Source of the DNA: Catajapyx aquilonaris
Lineage: Eukaryota
NCBI GenBank assembly: GCA_000934665.2
Contig: KZ538108.1
Span: forward strand, 62,001-123,763
Direction: 5' to 3'
Length of the DNA: 61,763 nt
Shown: positions 27,069-40,400 of the stretch, one piece after another
Layout of the letters: each line of letters starts with the position of its first letter
Numbering within the stretch: the stretch's first letter is position 1
Program-made: the position numbers and the translations under genes
The notes under the pieces: generated by a model
Databases searched by the model: none
Seen by the model: only the letters and a program-made list of their open reading frames with translations
What the model was told of the DNA's origin: nothing

Positions 27069-30000
27069 ATGGTGTGGTCAGTGACCTTATTCCGGGTTGG
27101 CCTTATTGTCTGCAGCAGGCAGCCAGCAGCAGCCAGCAGCAGGGTCGTCCAGCACCACCAGCAGCTCCTGGTGCACACCACCACCAGTCGACGCCGACAG
27201 CCGACCAGAAGGATGAGCACCGTCGGAGGCGTCCACGGCACCGTCCCGTGGTCTCCTTCGTGGGGGTTCCCTCCGAAGGACGGCCTGTACGACCCTGCCT
27301 TGGAGAGAGAGGCCTGCGGGGTCGGGTTCATCGTCAGCATCAAAGGGCAAAGGTCGCACAAGGTACGTCCAATCTATTATTGTACCCATGGCTCTCGAGG
27401 AACAGTGGAATTCCGCGAAAAGTCGGTCGCCATGCCGGAGGATTATTTCGGTAGTCTGCCAGGGCGGGGGTTGTCGAACTATTTATACGGAGGGGAACCC
27501 ATCAGACACGACCACACAATAAAAGAGAGCCAGGTTGTGTTAATAAACCACCCTGAGGTGACCTTTGCAGTGTATTATTATTAAGGAAGTTGGCTTCACA
27601 ATGAGGAAGAGTTTGCATCTTTTTGCTCAGATCATCTATCTCCGTTTGTTCCATTTGTGGAGCCAGAAACCAGTTCAACACATTTTGTTATTCATCAAAA
27701 TACACACACACGTCGGCCTTGGTTCCTGCACAGCATACCTGTTTTTGCTGCAATCAATTCATATCGGCCGACCCCCATCGCAACAGGCTGTCTCAATACT
27801 CCCAGAATCACCAGTCTTGTCTCTCATTATTTGCATTCAACGTTACTGACATATTATTCATCTGTTGCGTTATTTTGCAGAAAAATTCATCCTTGGAAGT
27901 CTCCTCAGCCGCCTCAAATTTGTGAAAGTCAATCAGCAGAAAAATTCATGCCCAATGATTGGTAGTAATTTTGCAGTGACATGTGAGACTGAAGTAATCG
28001 TTTTAAATGCAGTCAAATGATGGCCGTGACACATTGCGTCATTCATATACTGGTGCAGGCCAGATTTTGTCCTCATTTGTTCTTCCGGGTGTGCAAGTAG
28101 GGTATGTTTAGGTCAAAGAGGGGCAATTGTTGTAACTGGAAGTGAGTGACAGTGCCTGTGGATGGGATCCGCTTTGTTCATTCTCATGCCCCCCTGATGC
28201 CTATTACATGACTGACTTGTAACGCCTGATTTTGCTTATTCAGATCCTTCGTGATGCGGAGACCCTGGCCTCTCGCATGAACCACCGAGGAGCCTGCGCT
28301 TGTGACAACGACACTGGAGATGGGGCCGGAGTGCTCACAGCCATTCCACATCGATTCTACGCAGATCAGCTGCGGTACAATGCCATTTAGTACTATCCCT
28401 CGCACCAAATTAACTTGCCCAATAAACAGTAGCCGCTGAGAAGAAGCAAAAAGGCTGTTCGCCAAGAAATTAATTTTTGCGGTCTAATTCAGCATTGCGC
28501 GCAATACACAGCTTATGCAATGCCATTGCATGATTTATCCGCAAAAAAAATCTGGAAATTGTGAAATTAGATTTATTTATTTTTGTAATTGCAATTTTCT
28601 GCAACCTTCACAAACATGACCTGCACTGCAATCGCATTATGGATTTTACAGTGACCATGAGGGTGTCGAGCTGCCACCTGCAGGGAGGTACGCCACCGGT
28701 ATTATCTACATGGACAGGAGCCACCATGCGGACAGCGAGAAGCAGTTTGAGGCTCTGGCTAACGAGTGCGGACTGAAGGTTTGTACTTGCGACATTGCAG
28801 GGATATGTAGTTAATGGTATTTGTTTCAGGTTCTGATGTGGAGGACTGTTCCGACTGACAGCCAGGGCATAGGAGAAGTGGCTCGAGGGGCGGAACCCCT
28901 AATGAGGCAGGTGTTTTTGGTCAGTGCCGCAGAGGGACAGCAGGGTGACCCTCTCAAGGAGCCTGACGCCTTCAACAGACAGGCAAGTGCTGTTATATTA
29001 TGATTGTTGAGTCTGCCGTTAATTTCTGACGATAGCTACGGGGGCATCGTAACGACCATGATTGCCTCTGCAGGTGTTTGTGGTGCGCAAGAGGGCGACT
29101 CACAACATCCCGACTGCCGGCACCCGGTTTTATATCTGCTCCCTGTCAAACAGCACCATCGTCTACAAGGGACAACTCACGTCAGATCAGCTGTGGTCAT
29201 ATTTTCCAGATCTGAGGGTAATTGCGTGTCTCATTTTCCAACCGACCAAAACAACCCTTATCTTGCTAATGAAGTGTCATTTTGACAGGACCCCAACTTT
29301 GATACCTACTTGGCCTTGGTCCACACCAGATTCTCCACCAACACATTTCCGTCATGGGAGAGAGCTCATCCCCTAAGGTGAACTTGCGTAATCAAAGATG
29401 TTTGCTTTCATCAGATTTAGCGGATTCCGTGATACTGATTTTGCCAACTCCAGAGTCCTGGCCCACAATGGAGAAATCAACACCCTGCGAGGCAATGTGA
29501 ACGTGATGAAGGCGCGAGAGGGAGTGATGCACTCGGAGCTGTTTGGCCCCCAGCTGCAGAGCCTGTACCCTGTGGTGGAGCCCAACCTGTCCGACTCTGG
29601 CGCAGTGGATTGTGTCCTGGAGTTCCTGGTGAACGCAGGGCAGCGCTCGCTTCCCGAGGCTGTGATGACCATGGTTCCCGAGGCCTGGCAGAACGACCCG
29701 GTCATGTCCCAGGAGCGCAGGGACTTTTATCGCTGGTCAGCTTGTGCAATGGAGCCTTGGGACGGACCTGCATTGCTTGCCTTCACAGATGGGAGGTACA
29801 TTGGCGCCATTCTGGACCGCAACGGGCTGCGACCCTCCCGCTTCTATGTGACCTCAGACGACATCCTGGTGATGGCCTCCGAGGTGGGCGTGTACGACGT
29901 GGACCCAGCCAACGTGGTGCTGAAGAGCAGGCTGAAGCCAGGGAGGATGCTGCTTGTCGACACCCAGGAGAAGCTCTTCATCCGTGACGAGGAGCTGAAG

Positions 30001-33000
30001 CAGCACATCGCTAAGAGCAGGCCACATTCAGAGTGGCTTAAGGAGCAGGTTCGTTCCCTTTTAACGTTGGCTCTGGTTAGATTGCACTTGTCAGTCTGCA
30101 AAGGTATTGTCCAGGATTGTTGAAAATCCCAATAATGTGATAAATTTGGCAAACTTGAAGACGGTTATCCTGGATAATCACCTGCTGCCAGCCCCTTTTT
30201 CTAGTGTCGTAATACCTGAAGTCATACAAATTTCTTCTCTTTTCTTCTTGACCGAAATCCCCCACCCTCCTCCTCACAATCCCTCATTCACTTGTCCACA
30301 CAAACATACACTTTGGGATTCTCATAGGCGGTAAGAATTAAGTCTGGTTCTTTGGTATTGTTGCGCTAATAATAACTGGTGTTGCACGTACATTGAGTGT
30401 ACGTCCTTCAGAGGCCAAAGAAATGGCCTCCTGGATTGCGCTTTCCCTTGGTCGGTGGTTTTGCATGCACCTCTGACACGATCTCGTTAACCTGACTGTG
30501 CACATACAAGTGTTTCATAACTCGTTTTCTGGAGCAGTACATTAGTTGAATGGCAAACCTCTTGCACTCCTTACTTATTCCCCTGTAAAAAAAACACTGT
30601 GTGAATGTGCGGGTGTGTATGCATGTGTGAGATGTGCCTTGAGGAATGCTACATACGTTTGTGCGGTACTAATAGATCAGCATGGATGAGCTGAGGGCGG
30701 CCCACCGTGCCAGGGGCCTGTCAACAGTGGCGTCGCAGTTGACCAACAGCTTGCAGAACCACGTGGGGTCAGGGGATCAAGTGGACGGGGTCGACCGCAC
30801 CTGGGGCGGAGACAAGAGGCTTGGTCTCTACGGGTACACCGTGGAGACCATCTGCATGCTATTGTTGCCCATGATTACCACAAAGTGAGTACATTCTGAT
30901 CAGATAATTCAATTCCAGAGTTTCCAAATCATACTTGTCATATGAAATTGACTGCCCAATGGGGCAAGGGCTGAAGTCCAAGGTAACGAGAGAGATTCGT
31001 ATGAATTGGCATCGGCCGTAGTAAATATACCACTCTTATTACTGACCCTTTCTGAGTGAAGGCTATCAGTAGCTAAATTTAGTTGTGCGTAAATATTTTC
31101 AACCGTCGTCATTTCTCGACCGTGGTCCCATTGGGACATTATTTTGCATGTGAATATGTATCATATCTGCAAGTACAGTATTAGCATCACAATAAGTTGC
31201 ACGCTTTTCGCAGGAAAGAGGCCCTTGGATCGATGGGCAACGACGCTCCCCTGGCCTGCCTGTCGCAGTTCCAGCCCCTGCTGTACGACTACTTCAAGCA
31301 GCTCTTTGCCCAGGTGACCAACCCGCCGATAGATCCGTTCAGAGAGCGCATCGTCATGTCCCTCAGCTGCCCCATTGGACCAGAGTCCAACATCCTGGAG
31401 CCCAGCAGCCTGCAGTGCCATCGCCTCTTCCTGCCGCACCCAATCCTGTCCCTGGACGACCTGGAAGTCATCAAGCACACCAACAATCGCGGCTGGCGCA
31501 CCAAACTCATCGACATCACCTACCCTGTCGATCAGACTGACGACCATGCCGGGTTGGAGTCCGCACTGGAGCGCATATGCGGAGAGGCATGCAATGCTGC
31601 CAAGGACGGCTGCCAGATGCTGATCCTCTCGGACAGGGCTGCTGGACCGGACCGGGTGCCGGTCAGTGCGCTTCTTGCTTTGGGAGCCACGCACCACCAC
31701 CTGATTGAGGAACGCCAGCGCATGAAGGTGGGGCTAGTGCTGGAAACTGCAGAAGCCAGAGAGGTGCACCACATGTGCGTGCTGCTGGGTTACGGAGCTG
31801 ACGCCATCTGCCCCTACCTGGTGTTTGAAACTGCCCGCAGGTTGAGGCGGGAAGGCGTGCTTGACTCTGGATTGTCTGACGATGCAGTGTATGCCAACTA
31901 TGCTGATGCCATGGAACGTGGCATTGCCAAGGTCATGGCCAAAATGGGAATTTCAACCCTGCAGAGCTACAAGGGGGCGCAGATATTTGAGGCCGTCGGG
32001 CTGTCAGATGAGGTGGTGGAGAAGTGCTTCAAAGGCACAGCATCTCGCATTGGCGGGGCCACGTTCCCGGTGCTGGCTCACGATGCAGCGCAGCGACACC
32101 GTCTCACGTACCAGGAGCGGGCTTGCGGAGACCAGCTAGTGCTGCGCAACCCAGGGCAGTACCACTGGCGTTCTGGAGGAGAAAAGCACATAAACGAACC
32201 AATCGCAGTGGCAACACTTCAGGAAGCGGCACGACAGAACAACAAAAATGCATACCAACGCTTTGTCGAGTCGACGCTCGAGTCGGTCAAGGCATGCAGC
32301 CTTCGTGGTCAGCTTGAACTTGTACCCTCTTCAACCCCAATTCCTCTGGAGCAGGTTGAACCGGCCGTTAACATTGTGCGTCGGTTTGCCACTGGCGCCA
32401 TGTCCTTTGGATCCATTTCAATGGAGGCCCATCAGTCTCTGGCGGTTGCCATGAACAAGATTGGCGGAAAGTCAAACACTGGCGAAGGAGGCGAGGATCC
32501 GGATCGGTACCTCAACCAGGACCCAGCGTTCAACCGTCGCTCGGCCATCAAGCAGGTTGCATCTGGTCGCTTTGGTGTGACCATCTCGTACTTGGCCAAC
32601 GCTGATGACCTTCAGATCAAGATGGCCCAGGGAGCCAAGCCGGGAGAGGGAGGAGAACTTCCTGGGTACAAGGTGACCAAGGATATCGCCAGCACACGTC
32701 ACAGCGTCGCTGGCGTTGGGCTCATCTCGCCCCCGCCTCACCATGACATTTACTCAATAGAAGATCTGGCTGAACTCATCTACGACTTGAAGTGCGCCAA
32801 TCCAAAGGCCCGTGTTTCTGTCAAGCTGGTGTCCGAGGTGGGAGTTGGAGTTGTGGCTGCCGGAGTTGCCAAAGGAAAAGCGGAGCACATTGTCATATCA
32901 GGGCATGACGGTGGCACCGGTGCGTCGTCCTGGACCGGCATCAAGAATGCTGGGTTGCCATGGGAGCTGGGAGTTGCCGAGACGCACCAGACGCTGGTAC

Positions 33001-33926
33001 TCTCCAACCTGCGCTCTCGCATTGTGCTGCAGGCAGATGGCCAGCTGCGCACTGGTTTTGACGTAGTTACAGCGGCACTGTTGGGAGCTGACGAGTTTGG
33101 GTTCAGCACTGCCCCGCTCATCGTCCTCGGCTGCACCATGATGCGCAAGTGTCACCTGAACACATGCCCTGTGGGCATTGCCACCCAGGATCCAGTCCTC
33201 CGCAAGAAATTCGAGGGCCATCCGGAGCACGTGGTCAACTACTTCTTCATGCTTGCCGAGGAAGTCCGCAGTCACATGGCCGCACTTGGCATCCGTAACT
33301 TCCAGGATCTGATTGGACGGACTGATCTTCTGCGAGTTGCTGATCCAACAAACAACAAGGCCAAGCTGCTGAACCTGAGTCCCATCCTCAAGAACGCACT
33401 CCACATGAGGCCGGGGGTGAACATTGTTGGCGGATCAGTTCCGCAGGACTTTGAGCTGGAGAAGCGGCTGGACAACCAACTGTTGCAAGCCGCCATCCCG
33501 GTGATCGAGGGAAGAACCGATTCAGTCACTGTCCGAATGAACATTGTCAACTCCTGCCGTGCTTTTGGGTCAACCCTGAGTTACAATATTGCAAAGAAAT
33601 TTGGCGACGATGGCCTGCCCCCTGGTAGTCTCAACATTGAACTCACTGGATCTGCTGGGCAGAGCTTTTGCGCTTTCTTGTCCAAAGGCGTGCATGTCAG
33701 CTTGGAAGGCGACGCCAACGACTACGTTGGGAAGGGGCTGTCAGGAGGCGAAGTCGTCGTCTTCCCTCACAAGGGCCTGCCCTCTCAATTCCATTCCGAG
33801 GCCAATGTCATTGTTGGCAATGTCTGCCTGTACGGTGCCACAAGCGGGAAGGCGTTCTTCCGTGGCATTGCTGCCGAGCGATTCTGCGTTCGGAACAGTG
33901 GCGCTGTGGCCGTCTCAGAAGGCGTG

Positions 33927-33958
<32 letters not shown>

Positions 33959-36008
33959 GATTGCCTTGATACTGGGGCTGACTGGACGCAACTTTGCGGC
34001 CGGTATGTCTGGAGGCATTGCCTACGTGTGGGACCCCGACAAGGTGTTCCCAGCCAAGTGCAACCAAGCCACTGTCGAGCTCCTTCCTTTGCAACTAGAG
34101 GATGATCTCACTCTTGTGCACGACCTTCTCGAGGAATTCACGACAAAGACAGGGTCTGAGGTTGCCTCTCGGATACTGCATTCGTGGCCCGGGAGTGCTT
34201 CGGAGTTCGTTAAGGTCTTCCCTTACGAGTACCAACGTGCTCTGCAGCAGATGGCTGTGGAATCCAAGGTCCAGGAGACAAACGAAACTAAAGTGGCCGA
34301 GAAGGTTTCAGACGAGCCAAAGGTAACTGACATTGAGGATTCCATACTGGATGGGGCTATGGAGAAGAAGCGCATGCATGTGCTGGATAAGACACGTGGG
34401 TTTGTCAAGTACCCGAGGGAGACCTCGATGTACCGCCCTGCCGAGCGTCGTGCAAAGGACTGGGATGAGATATACGACCCTGTGCACGTGAGGAAGGGAC
34501 TCCGCATGCAGGCAGCCCGATGCATGGATTGCGGCGTGCCATTCTGCCAGAGCACGCACGGCTGTCCTCTTGGAAACATTATCCCCAAGTGGAACGACCT
34601 GGTGTTCCAGAACAACTGGAAGGAAGCTCTGGCTCAGCTGGAGCAAACCAACAACTTCCCAGAGTTCACGGGCCGTGTGTGTCCTGCCCCATGCGAGGGT
34701 GCCTGCGTCCTGGGTATCAACTCTCCGCCTGTTACCATCAAGAACATTGAGTGCGCCATCATCGACCATGCCTTCGAGCAGGGATGGATGGTGCCCGAAC
34801 CTCCTCTGCAGCGCTCGGGGCGAAAGGTGGCCGTGGTTGGATCTGGGCCGTCTGGGCTGGCAGCGGCACACCAGCTGAACAAGGCTGGGCACCTGGTGAC
34901 TGTGATGGAGCGGAATGACCGTGCCGGTGGGCTCCTGCAGTACGGCATACCTTCGATGAAGCTGAGCAAGCAGGTGGTGCAGAGACGCTTGCAGCTGATG
35001 CAGAAGGAAGGCATCCGGTTCCAGACGAATGTCAACGTGGGCAGTGATGTCAAAGCTCGTGATTTGCTGGATGAGTATGACGCCCTGCTGCTGTGCATGG
35101 GTGCCACGGCTCCTCGGGACCTCCCAATACAAGGTCGCCAGCTGGAGGGGATCCACTACGCCATGGACTTCCTGGAGTCGTGGCAGAGGCGGCAGATGGG
35201 TGGCCCTGCACCTGGAGGATTCCCTGATGACCAAGAGCTGCAGGCCAAGCTCATGGCCAAGGACAAGCATGTGATAGTCATTGGAGGCGGTGACACTGGC
35301 TGTGACTGCATCGCCACATCGCTCCGCCAGGGCGCCAAGTCCATAACCACATTTGAGATCCTCCCAGAGCCACCAGCGTCCCGAGCCAATGACAATCCCT
35401 GGCCGCAGTGGCCACGCGTATTCCGAGTGGACTACGGCCACGAGGAGGTGAAGGTCCGCACTGGCTCAGACCCTCGCCAGTACAGCACCCTCTCGAAGGA
35501 CTTTGTGGACGACGGCAAGGGTCACGTCAATGGAATCCGCACAGCCAAGGTCACCTGGAACAAGGACAGCTCAGGTCGATGGCAGATGGAAGAAGTGGAG
35601 GGATCGGAGCAGGTCCTTCCAGCCGACATGGTCCTGCTGGCCATGGGCTTCGTTGGACCGGAGAAGAGGGTGGTCAACGAGCTTGAGCTGGAGCAGGATC
35701 CCAGGAGCAACGTCAAGACGCCCCTAGGAAAATACTCGACCAGTGTTCCAAGAGTTTTTGCTGCCGGAGGTACGTCCCACACACTTTCGTTAAATTGCGA
35801 TAACCTGACCCTCATTGTTCCTCCTGCAGATTGTCGTCGTGGCCAGTCCCTAGTGGTGTGGGCCATAGCGGAGGGTCGTGAAGCGGCCAGGGAGGTGGAT
35901 GCCTTCCTGATGGGCACCAGCTACTTGCCTCGGACTGGTGGGGTCATCCAGACCACCCTAGGCCCCGCCAGCAGCTCCACCTGCCTGACCTCCAGCCAGC
36001 AGGGTTGA
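27069..36008 (+). CDS. GLT1: Glutamate synthase [NADH] (fused large and small subunit GOGAT), 2158 aa
   Basis: Exons 27069-27362, 28244-28374, 28652-28778, 28830-28982, 29074-29217, 29289-29377, 29454-30048, 30676-30884, 31214-35769, 35830-36008 total 6477 nt in frame. Motifs: [63 protein letters not shown] (3Fe-4S), [39 protein letters not shown]. Confidence 0.98.
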
Positions 36009-37467
36009 AATAAGGCCCACTTTTAAATGTCTAGAAAGTTAGTCATGTCGCCCTCCACACAAAATGTTTTTAGGTGTCGTAATATTTATGTCCAGGACAA
36101 GGCGACCCAACTAGTAAGGGGTTGTAAATTAGGCAGCGTTACTGTTGTACTTACAGCGCACGAGCTGCCCTGTTGCTGTGGAAAACGAAATCCAGGACAA
36201 TAACTCGAGTGCTTCCATTCAATGTGTATAAAAGTATATATATATTTTAGTGGCCTTTTTGGGGAGGCCTCGTCTAAAAAAGGGAGGTGTTGGGAAGGGG
36301 GGGGAGAAAATAATTTTAAAAAAGACGAGGATTTTACCTGTAGAGAATCAGCGTTTGTCCCAGGGGCAGCTTTATAGCCCAGTCAAATTTTTTCGTTGTT
36401 GATACTTATTCATGTTCATAGTTTTAAAAAAATGGAAGGTATTATTTGTTACGGAGAATATTACAATATATGAATATTGTTGAAGTTTTTAGAGTTTTGG
36501 GGGATGTGGACGTAGAACAATGAGAGAAAGACTGCAAGCGAGGGGGTTTGACGTCAGGGTTTGGGGGGGAGAGGATAATAAATAAACAATCTTGATAATA
36601 CCGGTAATTTTAATGTGGCTGCAAATTCTTAAAGTGCAGTTAAAAGGCTATGTGCATACGTAACAAGTGAGGTGCGCAAATCCAACATATCTCAGTGACA
36701 ATAATTTCAAATGAGGTGGAATCCGTCTCGACGAGTGGGGGGTAAAAGTCTTAACAACTTTCAAAGCCACTTGTTTTCTTGGGATCCGCACAGGATCGCA
36801 GGTTTCTTGCTTCCCGTGTTCAGATTTGGTCTAGTTAGCGTGTATTTTACCTAGCAATGTACTTTTTTTGTGATCAGTAGATTTTAGCATATTCGCAATG
36901 TACGTATGTGGGGGAAGGCGAGCAATGCATCATCAGAGAGATCGACCAGTGCCATTTAATCCATTCCAAGCGAGAGCGTATGGCCTTTTTCCCTTCGCTC
37001 TGTTTTAGTCTATATTTTGTCAATGTTTGATGCCATAGAAGAGAGGTTGTGAGCTAGCATGAAACGGCTTAGCTAATGTACGCATGTATGTATATGAACG
37101 TATGAGTCTGAGCCCCTGGGAAAAAGAATTAATAAAAAGAAGAAAAAAATTGAAGATTACTGTCGTGGATAATCATCCGGCGTATTATTAACATTTGAGC
37201 ACAACCCTTCTCCTTCTAAGGATTGTTTCAACAAGTACATTTTTCTGTACAACAAGTGCGGTGGCAGTGTTAAAGATGAAGGGTGCTTATTTTTTATTAA
37301 TTTAATTTTTTTAATGCAATTAACCAGAGAATTTGGTCCCAATGCACGTAGACATGGCCTGCCTAATGGTGATGCAACTTGGATACATCGTGTTTATACG
37401 AGAGAATAGCCAAGTGTGTGGAAGTGTGACGTTGACGTGTAATTAATTGGAATAAGTCGGAGGCAGG

Positions 37468-40400
37468 TCAGTCGGCAGAAGGAGGCATCCACAGGGTGTT
37501 GTTGAGGCCCAGTTTCTTTGTTAGAGTTTTTTGGAAGTTGTCGTCTGCAGAGGGCGAGTTCATGTGGTGCGTCCTGAGGATCTGCCTGCTGACCCTCTGG
37601 AGGACCTGCATGTGACGGACCAGGGATGCTGGGGAGGTGTCGCCGCTTCTGGGAGGATGAGACTTGCCTGCCTTGCTGCTGTCTCCTCCGGCGTCCAATT
37701 CGAACGGAAGTGGAAGGATGCGGATCCAGTCTCCCACCTGGAATGTGAGCATGACCACTAATAATAATGTTTCATGCGATTTGAGACTGTCGACCTAATT
37801 GCATCTGAGCAGTGTGCTGGTACAAGGTAGCCCTCCAACAAAAGTAATTTGGATATTGCTTTTCCACCCCAACCGCAGACTGGCAGGCAGGGTTGCATTA
37901 TATTGCGGCCTGTTCTTTTTTGATTCTTTTGGTGGAAGTAAATTGCCTGTATTTAATTTTTGTACCAGACGTGGGCTTATCCCATGCTGTGTCCTTGATG
38001 CAATTGATCACATCCCGAGTGCAGCAGTGTCAGGCATGGATGGTGACGTAGTGTGTACATAAAACTCTGTCGTCCTCATGCCGACATGTGATGGACTGAC
38101 CTGCAGGGGTGCTGACCTCCAGTCCCTCCTGCAGTTGGACCTCCAGCAGCGGCCTTCCAACGGCGGAGGGGCCCTCTTGCTCTTGCGATTGTTCTTGTTG
38201 AGGGAAGGTGACGAAGGGGACGAGGAGGAGGATGTTGAGGAGGAAGAGTGGGCAGGGGAGGAGAGGGTGAAGGACGAGAGCAGGGCAGGGTTGCAGGTGG
38301 GCAGCATCATCAGGTCGAAGAGGTCGTGCAGGAGGGGCCTCTTCACCTGGAGGTCAACAGGGCTGGTGGTCCTGAGGGCAGGGTTCGAGTTGACCTCCAG
38401 GAGCCAAGGCTTCAGCTGCTGGTCCAGGAGCACGTCCAGGCCCAGAAGCTGGAACCTCCCGCCGTCATCTTCCTCCCATGCGGCTCCAGCAGAATGGTCC
38501 CAGCCGTTGTTCTTGCTGCTGGACGAGGGTTGCTGAGGGAGCAGGGCGCAGAGGGTGAGGCAGGCCAGGGACAGCACCCTGATCCAGAGGATGCGGTCGT
38601 CCAACCCCCTGGAGCCTCTGAGGTGCCTCCTCAGCTGCTGCAGAGTCCACTTGCCCTCGCAGCAGCATCGACAGCTGTCGCCTGATGGATTCTGCTGCTC
38701 CTGATGGGTGCCGTCGTTGTTGGTGGATTCAGCGCAGCACTTCTGTTGGTGCATGTGCTGGTGGTTGTTGTGGTGCTGCCTGCTGTTGAGGGACGAGTTG
38801 GTCAGGTGGGACTTGAGGTTGTCCAGGTCCTCCGGAGCGTACTTGTGGCTGGCGAATCGGACCAGCCCTTCCCTGTAGAGGTAGACGGCCGGTGGACACC
38901 TGGAGGCCAGGCAGGCGTACAGGCGGAGGTCCAGCTTGTGTCCGCCCACCAGGAGGGGACGGGACACGTACCGCTGGACAACCACGTGGCAGTGGTACGA
39001 CAGCTTCTCCAGCTCCTACGTGATGGGAGAGGAAATAACAAAAAGTGGCGACCGTCATGATGGACACTATACCCTGAAGAGGAAGATTCCTCTCCCGCAG
39101 CTCTGCCCGACTGGTTTGCATATCCAGCAGCAGCCTTGTCCTCCTCCGTCCGAAGAAGCGTCTCCCCAAGGAGCATCCCTCATCTCCGCCTCATCCTCCG
39201 CCTCCAGCACTCTGGGCCGTGCTGTTCCAGGACCTCGTCGTCTCCTGGTGTACTCTGCCACCAGCTTGGTGTACTCATTGGGCAGGTTGAATGCCGGAGG
39301 ACTGGAACAATACAACATGGAACATTGCAGCACAATGACATATGCGTCTAACAACAATGTGTACCTACCTGAAGTCAAAGATGGCTCCGTGGACCTGCTT
39401 CATTCTTCGGAGGTACCTGGCCAGGAAGTCCTTCCGGCAGATGTTGCAAGGAAGGGACGAGTCGGCTGACTGTGGACGACTGCTGATGGCCACAGCGGAG
39501 GAGAAGGAGGGGCAGTGGGAGAAAGACCCACGTTGCTGTCCCTTGCTGCTGGTGCTGCTGGTCCTCCTGCGCCTGACCAGACTGTTGGTGACCTGCCAGG
39601 GCTTGAGCGTCCCCTGCTGTTGCTGCAGCAGCCTCGGGTCTGACGGAGGCCTCCACCAGAGGTTCCAGTGGGTGCCGTGGATCTGGTCGTTCAGCTCCTG
39701 CCACCCACGCTCCTCGCATATCTGTGACCAACAGAGAAGAGAGAGGACATCCCCTTTTTTCTATTCTCTGTAGGTGTTCATCCTGACTGTTCAGGGCCAT
39801 CCCGCCGAGCTCCCTTGCTCTGCGGGCTTGTCTCTCACCCAGGATGAAGAGGATTCTCATGGTCCAACCCGGTCATAATTCTGACCGCAGTGACCTTTGG
39901 ACAGATGGATACAGCCCGTGTTTAGACGGGTGTTGTCAGTCCCTGCTGATCGTTATCTGTTGCGTACATGCCAATTAGTTTGGTGCAGTCAGGCGGGTTG
40001 GTTAATGATGAGGGACAGGCACAGTGTGCGTGTCTGCATGTACACATAGGGCATCGCAGGAAAGAGTGTTGCGCAGACTGATGACATGGCTGATGAATAT
40101 TGGAGTCGCCCCATTCCATTGATTTGGTTGGTTGGATGGCTGTCCGGGGATTAAATGAAGCAAAAGTGGCTGCTTTATACCACCCCCAGCCACCTGCAAA
40201 GGCCATTAATGAAATCGCCCTGGGCCAAAGTGCTCAGGCCCTAATGGGGGCTGCTACTACAACACCCCTCCTTCCTTTTATAATTCTGGCCAGCATGTTG
40301 GCGATTGGGATGGGAAAAGAATCACGCCTCCAATGCTGCAGTCCCCAAATGGTATATATTTGGAGCAGCGTGTGGGACTGCCTGTGTTTTGTGTCAGGTG

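Noticed and set aside
34308..35441. 377-aa antisense ORF and other overlapping ORFs in GLT1, afadin, TTLL and IR
   Set aside because: Shadow frames of GC3-rich coding sequence; no recognisable motifs.
27069..36008. Glutamate synthase as a recent bacterial horizontal transfer
   Set aside because: It has nine spliceosomal introns and the fused eukaryotic NADH-type architecture, which is known from insects and other invertebrates.
39375..39860. 161-aa ORF as the TTLL N-terminus
   Set aside because: Wrong frame; the TTLL motifs lie in another frame entered by splicing from the exon at 41119-41030.
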